From the IMG/VR virus record IMGVR_UViG_3300015371_000004, positions 1 through 64,000 of that record: a stretch of 64,000 nucleotides of DNA. One strand, 5' to 3'. Origin of the DNA: a virus. The position numbers and the translations under genes were made by a program. This document shows, piece after piece, positions 9,811-19,327 of this stretch. Below the pieces are notes generated by a model that did not search any database, was not told the origin of the DNA, and was given only the letters and a program-made list of their open reading frames with translations. Each line of letters begins with the position of its first letter. The first letter of the stretch is position 1.

Positions 9811-11570
9811 CTGGTCACCGTAAAGACCGTCGACTTCGGGACCTTGAGAGGCTTGTCGGCGGGCCCTTTGACAAAGGGCAGAATGTAGATCAGCCGGTGC
9901 TCAGCCACCCCCGGATAGTACTGGTTCCGCCAGTGCCCGTTCACCACCCACCGGCAGGACCATTCGATCGGGTCGACCCCCGCCGGAGCCGGACCCCGAG
10001 GGCCACTCTGGACATCGAGCCGCCGGAGCTGGATCACCTTGACGTCGCCGGGCGGCGTCTGGAGCTTGTGCTCCCGGGTCAGCTGCTTCCGGCGGTGCCG
10101 CTCGACGTGGCCGTCACTGAACGACAGCACCCGCTGCTGCACCCACGTGCAGGCTGCCAGAAAGAACAGCGAGAACGACCGGATGGACGCCAGCGTTTCT
10201 GACAGGTCGGCCTTCTGGGTCAACGAGCCCTTTGCCGCGTTCGCATGGTATTCCTTTTCGCTCCGGGCCAGCGCGTCGGCGACGGTTTCGCCCGTGAACC
10301 AGCACCAGATCTGGACGGGCGTCGGCGCGTAGTCAATGAAGCCCTTCTCCGGGTAGCGCGCCATGACGAAGAGGCTGATCAGTAGGCGCTCTCTCGCCAC
10401 ATGATCGTCCATCACCGGGCGGGTCCCCGTTCCCCAGCTCCAGAGCAGGGCGCAGACCTCGTCGTTCTGCCACGTGGTCTTGACCGGAAGCGGGCCGGGG
10501 AAGTACCACCAGCCGGTGTGCCCGGGCGTCACCGATCGATTGAGGATCGACCCGAGTGGCAACGACTTGGCCGCCATCTGACAGGCGACCAGCGGTTCTT
10601 TGCCCCAGCTGTAGCACTCGGCCCGGCGCAGGATCCGCTGATCCTCCTCCGCAAAGTACTGGGCTTCGAAAGGCGAGGCGCCCGCCCCCTGCTGGTAGAT
10701 GCCCACCCCAATCTCTCCAAACCGGCGGGCGGCCCGGAACTGCATCTCCAAGGCCTCCATCCATGGCCGCTGCTTATCGAAGACCGGAGGATGCTGGTAG
10801 AGGCCGACGGGGGTCGGCTCGCCCCGGGCGGCAAGAATCTGCTTGAGGTGGAGGTCCGTTGCGACTTGGCGCAGGCCCAGCGTCAGGACCGTGTCCACCG
10901 AGTCGTCGTCAACCACCACCCGGGGCTGTCCCGGAATCGCGTTCAGGAGCGCCGTGCTCACGACGCCGACATCGCGTGGCCGCTTGGCATCCGCAGGCGC
11001 GGCCATCCACGCCATCCACTCCTTCAGCTGATCCAAGGTCAGGCCCGCACGCTTGGCCAGCTGGACCAGCCGGGAGGCCGTCATGTCGGCGCGCTTCTCG
11101 GTATCCTCCCCGGGCTCGAAGGGCGGCCCGAAGACATGCAGGCGGAACCGCTCGATCGCCGCATCGACGTCAGCCTTGGTCGAGTCGGACTGCTGCGGCC
11201 AGCGCCGGTCTCGAAAGTGCATCAGCTCGCGCTGCAGGTCGTCGGCCGTCGGGACCGCCGGGCGGTACGCGGCGGGCATGGCGGCGATCAGGCTTCGGGT
11301 TGTCTCTCCCAGCTGGTCCTGCCGCTCGGGCAGGGGCGGCCCTTCCATGAAGCGGTTCCAGTCGTCAAAGTCCTGCTCGGAGAGCTGGGCCTCGTAGGCC
11401 AGCGCCACGATCCGCGCCGGATGATCGTCATTCGCGTAGTCCAACAGCGCCTTGATCGCGCGCATGACCGTCAGCTGCTGCTCGGTCAGGTCGCGCTTGC
11501 GCTTCAGCTCCTGCAGCTCGTGTTGCAGACGCTTCAGCTTCCGGCGCGTGATCTGCTTCAGGGTTGACAT
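9807..11570 (-). CDS. Large conserved phage hypothetical protein (C-terminal VxGHWRNQ...FVKGP motif)
   Basis: 587 aa from ATG 11570; WVVNGHWRNQYYP..YILPFVKGP motif typical of phage accessory proteins. Confidence 0.65.
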   Translation of the reverse strand: MSTLKQITRRKLKRLQHELQELKRKRDLTEQQLTVMRAIKALLDYANDDHPARIVALAYEAQLSEQDFDDWNRFMEGPPLPERQDQLGETTRSLIAAMPAAYRPAVPTADDLQRELMHFRDRRWPQQSDSTKADVDAAIERFRLHVFGPPFEPGEDTEKRADMTASRLVQLAKRAGLTLDQLKEWMAWMAAPADAKRPRDVGVVSTALLNAIPGQPRVVVDDDSVDTVLTLGLRQVATDLHLKQILAARGEPTPVGLYQHPPVFDKQRPWMEALEMQFRAARRFGEIGVGIYQQGAGASPFEAQYFAEEDQRILRRAECYSWGKEPLVACQMAAKSLPLGSILNRSVTPGHTGWWYFPGPLPVKTTWQNDEVCALLWSWGTGTRPVMDDHVARERLLISLFVMARYPEKGFIDYAPTPVQIWCWFTGETVADALARSEKEYHANAAKGSLTQKADLSETLASIRSFSLFFLAACTWVQQRVLSFSDGHVERHRRKQLTREHKLQTPPGDVKVIQLRRLDVQSGPRGPAPAGVDPIEWSCRWVVNGHWRNQYYPGVAEHRLIYILPFVKGPADKPLKVPKSTVFTVTR

Positions 11571-11764
11571 CGATGCAGGTCGTCCACGTCGAGCGATTCC
11601 GTTGGCCGCCACGACCCATCTCGGCCAGTCTTGAGGACTACGGCGTCCCGATCAAACTTCCGGCGCGCGCCGGTGGTCACCTCGGTCACCCAAACCACGT
11701 TGCGCCGACAGGCCGTGCATCGGGCCAGCTGCCGAGTATCCGGGTAGGTATCAATCAGGTCCAT
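11558..11764 (-). CDS. Small Zn-finger-like protein
   Basis: CTAC...W...HRC. Confidence 0.5.
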   Translation of the reverse strand: MDLIDTYPDTRQLARCTACRRNVVWVTEVTTGARRKFDRDAVVLKTGRDGSWRPTESLDVDDLHRCQP

Positions 11765-12317
11765 CGGTCGCTCGTTCGGGTAATACCCCGGGCCGGGCGG
11801 CGGCCTGCCGCTCGTAGCGGCGGACCTTGGTGGCCCACTTCTTCCGGAACGTCTGGGCCCGCTTCAGCCGGGTGTCGGCCTTGCGGAGCATGGTGACGGC
11901 GTGCTCGTGACGCCGCTCGACGAGGACCGCCTTCGGGGTGACGGCCTTGACCTTCCGCTCGACGACGAGCGCCGGGTCCTTGGCCCACGCGTAGCGCGGG
12001 TGGACGTCACCGGAGAAGTTCATGTAGTAGCCGGGCATCTGCCGGTGGTGCATCCCGCGGTTGTGCGCGAACTCGTGGCAGGCGGTCAGCACGAACTGGT
12101 AGACGTTGAACGCCACCGACGGCACCGTGATCTGGCTCCAGCGACCGCCATAGGTGCCCAGCCCGCCGCACCAGTCGGCGCTTCGGCTGCGGCGGCTGTA
12201 CTTGATCTCGACCACGAGGCGCTTGCGCTTCGGCGGGTCCAGCTCCATCTCGGCGCAGCGCTGGAGCAGGGGTCGAATCTGATCGGTCCGCCAATGGGTG
12301 TAGTTCCGGATTTTCAC
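11751..12317 (-). CDS. Zinc metalloprotease-like protein (HExxH)
   Basis: ACHEFAHNRGMHH. Confidence 0.6.
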   Translation of the reverse strand: MKIRNYTHWRTDQIRPLLQRCAEMELDPPKRKRLVVEIKYSRRSRSADWCGGLGTYGGRWSQITVPSVAFNVYQFVLTACHEFAHNRGMHHRQMPGYYMNFSGDVHPRYAWAKDPALVVERKVKAVTPKAVLVERRHEHAVTMLRKADTRLKRAQTFRKKWATKVRRYERQAAARPGVLPERATDGPD

Positions 12318-12502
12318 GCGCCCTCCAAGACCGTCAGTCGAATGTCGCTGATCTCGGCCAAGGGAAACGCCGTGCCGTCCACGACGATCGCTTCGCGCGG
12401 GCGCAGCTCGCCGTTGAAGATGTAGTCCTGCGTCGTGATCGACCGCACCGGATGGAAATACTTGACTCCGTGGTACTCGAAGCTCAGCTCCAGCGTTTTC
12501 AT
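12314..12502 (-). CDS. Small hypothetical protein
   Basis: MKTLELSFEY..., SD gaggag. Confidence 0.5.
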   Translation of the reverse strand: MKTLELSFEYHGVKYFHPVRSITTQDYIFNGELRPREAIVVDGTAFPLAEISDIRLTVLEGA

Positions 12503-12744
12503 AGCACTGCTCCTCGTTTGTGGCCCAGATGGGTCTTCCCGCAGAACCCGCAGCGGAACGGCCCCATCTGGCTCCGTCGATGCTTCTCGCTGCCGTGGCC
12601 TCTGACCTTCTTCAGGTGTGCGCGCGCGTCGTCCTTGGACGCGTAAGCCGTCTTCCCCGTCGGGCAGCGGTCCTCGGGCAGAGCCAGCTTGCGGATCTCG
12701 CGCTCGCCTTTGGCGCCGAGCACGTCCTTGAGGGAGAAGGTCAC
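12499..12744 (-). CDS. Small Zn-binding protein
   Basis: CPTGK..AY...FRCGFCGKTHLGH. Confidence 0.55.
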   Translation of the reverse strand: MTFSLKDVLGAKGEREIRKLALPEDRCPTGKTAYASKDDARAHLKKVRGHGSEKHRRSQMGPFRCGFCGKTHLGHKRGAVL

Positions 12745-13025
12745 CGGCTCGCCCCAATCAGGCCGCGCTTCGCGAGCTTCCGGAGCGGCGGCAGGCCTTT
12801 GGCCTTCCGGGCCTCCGCCTTGGCCTTCTCGCGCTCCTTCCGCTTGCTCTCGATCGTCACCTCGCACGCCAGCTGGTAGGCGCGCTCGATGGTGACGGTG
12901 TGCGTCCTGCGGGTGCCGTGCGCCCGGAAGCCAAGGGTCCGGTTGGGGAGCATCGAGACGACGATCCCCTTCCGCTCGATGCCGTCCACTTTGCGGTGGA
13001 CGGGCTTCGTCAGTTTGGTGGCCAT
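12741..13025 (-). CDS. Small basic hypothetical protein
   Basis: MATKLTKPVHR..., SD ggagg. Confidence 0.55.
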   Translation of the reverse strand: MATKLTKPVHRKVDGIERKGIVVSMLPNRTLGFRAHGTRRTHTVTIERAYQLACEVTIESKRKEREKAKAEARKAKGLPPLRKLAKRGLIGASR

Positions 13026-13240
13026 TACAGCTCCTCCACGTAATCGCAATGCGGGCAGCTGATCGACACGTCGTAGACCCCGCCGCTCGGACAGCTCCTG
13101 AGGTGCAGGGTCTCCGGCTTCTCCGGGTAGCCGTTGTAGGCCAGCTCGAAGGACTTCCGGCACTGCGGGCAGACCATGTCGCGGAGCCGCTGGGGCTCGC
13201 AGGAGGATCTTCGAAGGAACACGGCTCCGGGTATCATCAC
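13025..13240 (-). CDS. Small zinc-ribbon protein
   Basis: CPQC...CPHC. Confidence 0.5.
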   Translation of the reverse strand: MMIPGAVFLRRSSCEPQRLRDMVCPQCRKSFELAYNGYPEKPETLHLRSCPSGGVYDVSISCPHCDYVEEL

Positions 13241-13512
13241 TTCACCAGCTTGAAGGCGATCCGGGCCATCAGGCCCACCGGCGCCTCCCGAAACTTTGCT
13301 TGATTCTCCGGCTTCAGCGCGTCGTAGACGGCGACGATCGCCGAGGCCGAGAAGAGGTCGACCATCACGCCGTCGACTTTGGCGTACTGGCGCCGCTCGA
13401 CGATCTGGCGGACGGCCGCGATCCGGTCGAGGCCCGTCGCCGGGTTGGTGACCACGGTGCCTGCCTTGCGCACCCGGGTCGGCTCACGTAATTTCTTCGC
13501 GACGTTCGACAC
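13237..13512 (-). CDS. Conserved phage hypothetical protein
   Basis: VDLFSASAIVAVYDAL motif; SD gaggagg. Confidence 0.6.
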   Translation of the reverse strand: MSNVAKKLREPTRVRKAGTVVTNPATGLDRIAAVRQIVERRQYAKVDGVMVDLFSASAIVAVYDALKPENQAKFREAPVGLMARIAFKLVK

Positions 13513-13525
13513 TTTTCGCCCTCCT

Positions 13526-13690
13526 CTAGGTAGTAATACCCCAAATCTGCAAGGCCTCCCGATACGACCGCAGCGGGGTCAGGCCGTCGTGCGATCGGAA
13601 CCGCCAGTACCAGCGCCGGAAGCGCTTCGAGCTGCGCTTGAGATCCCGGGCCAGCTCGACACGTATTGCCAGTCGGTTCGCCATGGTCAT
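13526..13690 (-). CDS. Small hypothetical protein
   Basis: MTMANRLAIR..., coupled. Confidence 0.4.
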   Translation of the reverse strand: MTMANRLAIRVELARDLKRSSKRFRRWYWRFRSHDGLTPLRSYREALQIWGITT

Positions 13691-13887
13691 CGCTCCTCGA
13701 TCCAGTAGAACCCCACCGCCCGGCGCTCCCATGCGCTGGGGATCTGTGCGAGGCACGCGGCCAGCGTCCGGAACCCGGACCAGTCGCCGAACTGGCAGAC
13801 GATCACGAAGTTGGATCGGTCCGGCGATCCGGCAGGCTCGCCCACCTTCCGCCACGCGCCCTCGATGAATTCGTAGATCACTCGCAT
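13687..13887 (-). CDS. Small hypothetical protein
   Basis: SD aaggagg, 66 aa. Confidence 0.5.
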   Translation of the reverse strand: MRVIYEFIEGAWRKVGEPAGSPDRSNFVIVCQFGDWSGFRTLAACLAQIPSAWERRAVGFYWIEER

Positions 13888-13899
13888 GTCACGCCTCCT

Positions 13900-14103
13900 T
13901 CACAGCTTGTCGGCCACGTCCGAGCGGAGCGTGGTGCAGGACTCCGCATGGTCTTCGGCGTCGGCCTTGTTCAACGTCTCCCCACACGAGGGGCACTCCC
14001 AGCGATTCCCGATCGCGGGGTCATTGTTGTAGTGACGCAGGGCCGTAAGAGCCGCGCGCTTGACCTCCCCACGAAACCCGTCGTTCGGACCGTTGTAGGG
14101 CAT
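13900..14103 (-). CDS. Small C2HC zinc-finger protein
   Basis: CPSC...HAESC. Confidence 0.5.
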   Translation of the reverse strand: MPYNGPNDGFRGEVKRAALTALRHYNNDPAIGNRWECPSCGETLNKADAEDHAESCTTLRSDVADKL

Positions 14104-14104
14104 G

Positions 14105-14476
14105 TCAGTCCAACCTCGATCCGGCGTAGGCCTTGAGACCAGCCTCTCTCAGCACCTCGGCGAACGCGTTGGCGTAGGCCTCCTTGCGCGCCACCGATTG
14201 ATTGAACTCGCTCACCCAGATTTGGGTGCCGCCGCCATAAGCGGGGCTGCCCAGACCGGCTTTCTTCAGGTAGTTGGCGAACGGGCTGTTGCCCGGCCTG
14301 ACGGTCACCCACGCGAACCCACAGGCGCCCTCCGACACGTACCAGCTCCGGCCGCTCCCACCGGTCTCAGACACGACCATCGGGGTCGGCACGCTGGCCC
14401 CGGCCGCCGCCAACCCGGCCGCCCGGGCCTTGGCATACAGCGCCGAAAACTCAGCCATCCTCGAAACCTTACTCAT
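14105..14476 (-). CDS. Conserved phage early protein (CGFAWV family)
   Basis: EGACGFAWV...QSVARKEAYA...SRLD; first gene after the minus-strand promoter; SD aaggagg. Confidence 0.7.
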   Translation of the reverse strand: MSKVSRMAEFSALYAKARAAGLAAAGASVPTPMVVSETGGSGRSWYVSEGACGFAWVTVRPGNSPFANYLKKAGLGSPAYGGGTQIWVSEFNQSVARKEAYANAFAEVLREAGLKAYAGSRLD

Positions 14477-14499
14477 GGCCTCAACCTCCTTACACTTAG

Positions 14500-14528
14500 T
14501 TAGACGTATGCAACGTCGAAAAAGTTCC
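14500..14528 (-). promoter_or_regulatory. ECF-sigma-type promoter (GGAACT-N17-GTCTAA)
   Basis: One of six copies of GGAACYTTTT-N-ACGTCTAA. Confidence 0.7.
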
Positions 14529-14530
14529 AA

Positions 14531-14567
14531 TTACAGTTTTGTAATGGTTCAGATTACAATTCTGTAA
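14531..14567. promoter_or_regulatory. Two TTACA-N4-TGTAA palindromic operator-like sites
   Basis: ttacagttttgtaa (14531-14544) and ttacaattctgtaa (14554-14567) between divergent promoters. Confidence 0.65.
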
Positions 14568-14570
14568 GAT

Positions 14571-14599
14571 GGAACTTTTTGGCCCTGTCTTACGTCTAA
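14571..14599 (+). promoter_or_regulatory. ECF-sigma-type promoter (GGAACT-N17-GTCTAA)
   Basis: ggaactttttggccctgtcttacgtctaa followed by SD aaggag. Confidence 0.7.
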
Positions 14600-14614
14600 A
14601 TAGGTGCAAGGAGA

Positions 14615-14926
14615 ATGGCGATGGCAAGAGTCAGCCGGTTCCAAAAGTCACGGTTTGGGCATACCACCCCCACCTACCGCTGCCGCGTCTGTAAGCGCCT
14701 GACTCGAAACACGGGTGACGAAGGCGGCGTGACGCTGTGCCTGCACTGCTGGGAGCTGGCGGGCATCGAGAACACCATCAGCGACAACGGACTGGAGCTG
14801 GCCCGCGAATGGGGCTACGTCGAGACGGCCACCCGGCTGCTGAAAGAGCTGCGCGCCAAGGGCATCGACGTCGACACCGTGTGGGCGTCCCTGGTCGCTG
14901 AGCTGACACCCAAGGAGGCTGTATGA
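14615..14926 (+). CDS. Zn-finger early protein
   Basis: CRVC...LCLHC; directly after promoter. Confidence 0.65.
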   Translation: MAMARVSRFQKSRFGHTTPTYRCRVCKRLTRNTGDEGGVTLCLHCWELAGIENTISDNGLELAREWGYVETATRLLKELRAKGIDVDTVWASLVAELTPKEAV

Positions 14927-15093
14927 CCGTTGTGAGAAGCAAGGCGCCGGGCACCCTCGGCAAGCGCGTGTTCTACCGCACCGTCGATACCACGACCCTG
15001 AAGGGGCTCCGGCTGGCTGAGCGGCTGCACACGAACGGCTGGAAGGTCGCGTGGAGCAGCTTCTGGACCGTCCGATTCTGGCGGTTCGCGTAG
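14923..15093 (+). CDS. Small hypothetical protein
   Basis: MTVVRSKAPG... 56 aa, SD aaggagg, ATGA coupling. Confidence 0.5.
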   Translation: MTVVRSKAPGTLGKRVFYRTVDTTTLKGLRLAERLHTNGWKVAWSSFWTVRFWRFA

Positions 15094-15122
15094 GGAACTT
15101 TTTGGACGTGAGATACGTCTAA
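15094..15122 (+). promoter_or_regulatory. ECF-sigma-type promoter (GGAACT-N17-GTCTAA)
   Basis: ggaactttttggacgtgagatacgtctaa. Confidence 0.7.
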
Positions 15123-15138
15123 ATAAGTGGAGGGAGTC

Positions 15139-15783
15139 GTGACTGAGCTGCGAAAGGTGACCGGAAAGGCCCTGAAGGAGGCCATGCCCGCGTGGGCCAA
15201 GGCCCCGATGCTGGCCGAGTACGAGATCGACAAGTGCGACGGCATGACCGACTACTACGCGACGGCGACCACCCGGAGAGTCTTCCTCGGCTGGTCGAGT
15301 CACACGCGGGACCTCTTCCCTGAAATGCGGAAGGCGGCCCTGAAGTTCGCCGAGACCGCCTCGCTGGCCACGGCCCCCAAGAGCGCTGAGCACAAGGAGA
15401 AGTACTCCATGGGCGCCGGGTATTACCTCAAGGCCGAGGGCACCTACAGCACGGGCTGGTCGGTCAGCAAGGGCTACACCGGGATGCTCTACGACGAGAC
15501 GGAGTTCGAAGTGCCCGACGGCGTGACCCTGAACACGGGGGCGACCGCAGTGACGGTCCACGACGGCGCCGTGACGGCCGGTTCCGGGGGCGTGACGATG
15601 ACCCTGAACGCCGTGAAGGCGGGCGTCGAGCTGCGGTTCCCGAGTAAGCCGTCGGAGGCCGTGCGAACGACCCTGAAGGCGAACGGCTGGCGGTGGTCGA
15701 GGTTTTCGAGCTGCTGGTACAAGCGGGACACGCCGGAGGCGAGAGCGTTCGCCGCGGCGATCGTGGGAGAGGAGGCAGCGTAA
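15139..15783 (+). CDS. Polyvalent-protein-associated domain protein (DGMTDY; C-terminal KP..LK.NGWRWS..W)
   Basis: Motifs seen in large polyvalent/DUF3560-like proteins of phages and plasmids. Confidence 0.55.
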   Translation: MTELRKVTGKALKEAMPAWAKAPMLAEYEIDKCDGMTDYYATATTRRVFLGWSSHTRDLFPEMRKAALKFAETASLATAPKSAEHKEKYSMGAGYYLKAEGTYSTGWSVSKGYTGMLYDETEFEVPDGVTLNTGATAVTVHDGAVTAGSGGVTMTLNAVKAGVELRFPSKPSEAVRTTLKANGWRWSRFSSCWYKRDTPEARAFAAAIVGEEAA

Positions 15784-15998
15784 TGACTCGCTACGGAGCA
15801 CTACTCAGATTCAGGCCGGGGATCAGCCGAGCACAGGCGGTCGACGCGCTCCGCAAGCTGAACGGCCTTGTCGAGCTGGGCGGATCCTACCAGTCCCCGC
15901 CGGGCAGCACGCCCCGCTGGGTCGAGAACAATGACGCGAGCCAGCTGCTGCAGACCTACAACGACGAGCACGGCGGACCCGTTTGGTACATCCCCTGA
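15783..15998 (+). CDS. Small hypothetical protein
   Basis: TAATG coupling, ends YNDEHGGPVWYIP. Confidence 0.55.
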   Translation: MTRYGALLRFRPGISRAQAVDALRKLNGLVELGGSYQSPPGSTPRWVENNDASQLLQTYNDEHGGPVWYIP

Positions 15999-16008
15999 AG
16001 GAGGGGCC

Positions 16009-16524
16009 ATGAGCGAGACACCGTTGGAACTGGGATTACTCGTGACGGAGCGGCAGGACGGGGACTACAAGCACATCGTGGCCCACCCGGTCACGGTCAA
16101 TGACGCGAACGAGATTCGGAATGCCAGCACCTTCAAGGGGCGGATGATCAAAGACCTGCAGGTCTACTCGCAGGCGGGGATCGCCGAGACCAGACCCTAC
16201 GGGTTCGCGGTCGAGTTCAAACCCCACAACGTGGACCTGACCGCGGCGAAGGCCATGGTCAAGACGCTGGCCTCCGTCGAGCGCGGCCTTGCCAAGCTGG
16301 ACGTCAAGTGGGGCTACGTGAACGGCTACGGCGAGTACGTCGCCCGGGTAGGCGAGGTCCTCGGCGCCACGAAGATCCTGTTCTACAGAGACCCCAGCAA
16401 CAGCAAGCACGGCTGGTCCTACGCCGACTGCGAGTTTCTGATCCTCCCGCTCGGCTCGGGCCGGAATCACATCGACTGGTTGATCGAGCAGTGGGCCAAG
16501 GCCCGCACAGGAGCCACCGTATGA
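16009..16524 (+). CDS. Hypothetical protein
   Basis: SD aaggagg, strong GC3 bias. Confidence 0.65.
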   Translation: MSETPLELGLLVTERQDGDYKHIVAHPVTVNDANEIRNASTFKGRMIKDLQVYSQAGIAETRPYGFAVEFKPHNVDLTAAKAMVKTLASVERGLAKLDVKWGYVNGYGEYVARVGEVLGATKILFYRDPSNSKHGWSYADCEFLILPLGSGRNHIDWLIEQWAKARTGATV

Positions 16525-16976
16525 AGACCCTCTTCACCGCATCGCAATTCACCCCGACCGCCTACGACTCGGCCGAGCAGAAGGCGAAGTTCGCCACGCA
16601 GTTCGTGCGCTTCGTCGAAGCCGACTTCAAGCGGACCCTCTTCCCGAAGTGGTTCTACAAGGCGCTCTCGTGCACCTTCGGGCACATTGCCCACTACGAC
16701 CAGAACGGGTTCTATCACACGTGGTTCCGGGACACCCGGGCCAAGCTGGCCTTCCTTGACCGGACGCTGGAGTTTCCGCGCTACGGAGACCCGAAGTTCA
16801 CCTACTCCGACGTCGAGACCGTACTGGCCCGGTGGGTGGCGGAGTCCAAAAAGGCCGACTACTACCGCGGCCGACTGGCGTCGGAAACCGAGGCGGCTGA
16901 GCGCGCCGAGCTGGCGCGGCTGACGTTCAAGTACCAGAACCCGGACGGCACGACCAAGCCGGTGGGGTCCGTATGA
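16521..16976 (+). CDS. Conserved mobile-element early protein (FGHIAHY motif)
   Basis: MKTLFTASQFTPT...LSCTFGHIAHYDQNGFY. Confidence 0.65.
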   Translation: MKTLFTASQFTPTAYDSAEQKAKFATQFVRFVEADFKRTLFPKWFYKALSCTFGHIAHYDQNGFYHTWFRDTRAKLAFLDRTLEFPRYGDPKFTYSDVETVLARWVAESKKADYYRGRLASETEAAERAELARLTFKYQNPDGTTKPVGSV

Positions 16977-17221
16977 AGATCAAAGTGGTCGTCGTCAAGA
17001 ACCGCTTCGAGGCTGGCGCCTTTCCCGTCTTCGAGTCAACGCCGCTGGAGGTGAGCCTGTTCGACCAGACCGCCTTCAATGTCCTCGGCCAGCTGGCTGT
17101 GCAGATGGCCGAGGCTCTGTTCGAACAGGAAGGCCCGCTCGGACCGGGACTTGCCGCCCGCGTCTCCGAGATCAACGATCGGGGCCGCGAGATCCGGACG
17201 CTCGTGGAGTACCAGTCATGA
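16973..17221 (+). CDS. Small hypothetical protein
   Basis: ATGA coupling. Confidence 0.55.
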   Translation: MKIKVVVVKNRFEAGAFPVFESTPLEVSLFDQTAFNVLGQLAVQMAEALFEQEGPLGPGLAARVSEINDRGREIRTLVEYQS

Positions 17222-17454
17222 CCCGCGTCCGCGTAAAGATCCTCGCCCAAGACGGGTTTGGGCCTGTCACCACCCTCTACAAGACCGACCTGACCCTCTA
17301 CGATCGCCGGGACGCGCCCGCCCTGCTCTTTGTGGCCGAGGCCTTCCGGGACCTGCACCGGGCCACATGGGAAGGCCCGCCCCCAGACATGGTCGCGGAG
17401 ATCATTGAGCTGGACGCCATGGGCCGAGAGGGCGCCATGCTGGCGTCGAGCTGA
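17218..17454 (+). CDS. Small hypothetical protein
   Basis: ATGA coupling. Confidence 0.5.
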   Translation: MTRVRVKILAQDGFGPVTTLYKTDLTLYDRRDAPALLFVAEAFRDLHRATWEGPPPDMVAEIIELDAMGREGAMLASS

Positions 17455-17647
17455 GTGGGGTATAACCAACTGTGTTTGGCTTCCGCGAGCGCGTGTTCAG
17501 TGACGTCGAGCCCCTGTCTCGGAAGGCGTGGCTCTTCTGGTATCGGAGCGACCATCATGTGCTGCTGCTGGACGCGTATACCGGATCTGGGTCATCCGGT
17601 CGACCAATCACGTCTTCCGGGGCGTGACGATCTTGGAGCGGGTCTGA

Positions 17648-17911
17648 ATGGCGTGCCTCTACGAGTACGAGATTCTCTTCGACCTCATCAACGAGAACAC
17701 CAAGGAGCGGTCTACCCTGACGCGGCGCGAGTGGGCCTACAACGTGATGGACGCGGCCACGCAGGGGATCCTGAACGCGCAGCGGGCGGCAGGGTCCTCG
17801 TCGGTGGAGGTCAAGATCGCCCACATCGGGCCCCCGCAGGACCTCATCAACCAGTACGCCAAGGTTGTCCAGTCAGAGATCGAGAACATGCTGGCCCGGA
17901 TCAAGAGCTGA
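17648..17911 (+). CDS. Small hypothetical protein
   Basis: 87 aa, coding-like codon bias; converges with the late operon. Confidence 0.55.
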   Translation: MACLYEYEILFDLINENTKERSTLTRREWAYNVMDAATQGILNAQRAAGSSSVEVKIAHIGPPQDLINQYAKVVQSEIENMLARIKS

Positions 17912-18317
17912 GCAGATCGTCCAAGGCGCCGGTCTTCGCGTACGCGGGTGTCGGTGTGGGCGCCGGGTCTTCGTTGCCCTCGTCTGGAGGCACGGGCGCC
18001 GGAGAGGGTTCGAGATAGACAACCTGACCATCATGGACAACCACAGGGGCCCGGGCCTTGCCCAAGAGCCCGCCGTACGTCACGAGAACCGGCGGGCCTT
18101 CTGCCTCCATGGTGAGACCCTGCCCAGACGGAAAGTAGAGGGACGGCCGAGCTTCGTACCGAAGAAAGACCCCCGGCCCAAGAGGGAACACCATCAATGG
18201 CCCGAGGTGCGCGTGCGGCTCCGTGCGCGTGAAGGACACCCGCGAGGGCTCCAGAGACGTCGACCGCAGCTCGATCCATTGCAGCTGGAAGGGCTCGTGG
18301 AACCGGAGCACTTCCAT
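17901..18317 (-). CDS. Hypothetical protein
   Basis: TGATG-coupled to the upstream peptidase gene. Confidence 0.5.
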   Translation of the reverse strand: MEVLRFHEPFQLQWIELRSTSLEPSRVSFTRTEPHAHLGPLMVFPLGPGVFLRYEARPSLYFPSGQGLTMEAEGPPVLVTYGGLLGKARAPVVVHDGQVVYLEPSPAPVPPDEGNEDPAPTPTPAYAKTGALDDLLSS

Positions 18318-19321
18318 CAGAACCCCAGCCCCGGGCCGCCAGCCGTTGGGTACGGCGGATAGCGCTTGGGTACGCCAAACGGGTCGCGCACCTTCTTGAC
18401 CTTGGCCGTCCCGCGCTTTCTAAGGACGGCCCCGTAGTTTCGAAGTGCTTTCATGGCCCGCGCCGTGAACTTGAGCGCGCGCCGCTTATCGGCGGCAGCG
18501 ATGTGCGGACCGCTCCCTTGTGCCCCCTGAACCCACGGGTGATTACCACGGCGGCTGGTCTCCTGCCTGAGCATGATCTCAGCGCGCTCTTCTTGGTCCC
18601 AAAGCGACCCGGTCTGCAGGAACTCCTTCTTGATGGACTCTCTCCGGAAGGCCGCATAGGCATGACTCAGAAGCCCCTTGCGCATGAACTTCTCTTCGAC
18701 CTGATGGTTCGGGGAGTTCTCGATCGCATGCTGCCATGCGACGATCTCGCTGGCCAGCTCTGAGGGCGTGCTGACGGCGCCGCGGTTGAAGTCCCGGCGC
18801 ATGAGGTGCCCGACCTCGTGGCGGAAGACCGCCTGCACGTCGCCCGCGCTCGCCGGGTCCTTGAGGTCTTCCGGGGTCATCTCCTTGCGCACCTGCTTGG
18901 TGTTCCAGAAGCCGCTGGTCTTCTCGTAGGAGGTCCGCATGGGATCGTACTCGCCGCCGCGTGTCGAGATGTAGACACGGCCCTTTCCCGTGTATGAGAG
19001 GCCCGTCTTGGCGTCCCAGTACTGCTTCTCGCCGTGCTCCGCATGGCTGAGCGCGAGCGGGTCCTGCCGGTAGCCCAACGTGTCGACGACCGGTTCGGGC
19101 TGCTGGCTGTGGAAGACCTCGATCCCCTGCTGGCGGGCCTTGAGGACGTCGGCCTTCAGGTACTCTGGGATCCGGGCGCTGCCCTGCGAGCGTGGGTAGT
19201 GCCGGAGCGAGGGCGCGTCCTGCGAGCAGAACTGGCCGCCATCAGGAGACCCGGCCGGAGCGTGGCAGGGGTTGAACTCCCGGAAGTACGAATCGTTGTT
19301 GCTGGCGGGGATCAGCCGCAC
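18317..19321 (-). CDS. NxCH...GGQFC-tagged protein with HExxH metallopeptidase-like domain
   Basis: YFRE-FNPCHAPAGSPDGGQFC; FRHEVGH...SEIVAW. Confidence 0.7.
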   Translation of the reverse strand: MRLIPASNNDSYFREFNPCHAPAGSPDGGQFCSQDAPSLRHYPRSQGSARIPEYLKADVLKARQQGIEVFHSQQPEPVVDTLGYRQDPLALSHAEHGEKQYWDAKTGLSYTGKGRVYISTRGGEYDPMRTSYEKTSGFWNTKQVRKEMTPEDLKDPASAGDVQAVFRHEVGHLMRRDFNRGAVSTPSELASEIVAWQHAIENSPNHQVEEKFMRKGLLSHAYAAFRRESIKKEFLQTGSLWDQEERAEIMLRQETSRRGNHPWVQGAQGSGPHIAAADKRRALKFTARAMKALRNYGAVLRKRGTAKVKKVRDPFGVPKRYPPYPTAGGPGLGF

Positions 19322-19327
19322 GGGCTT

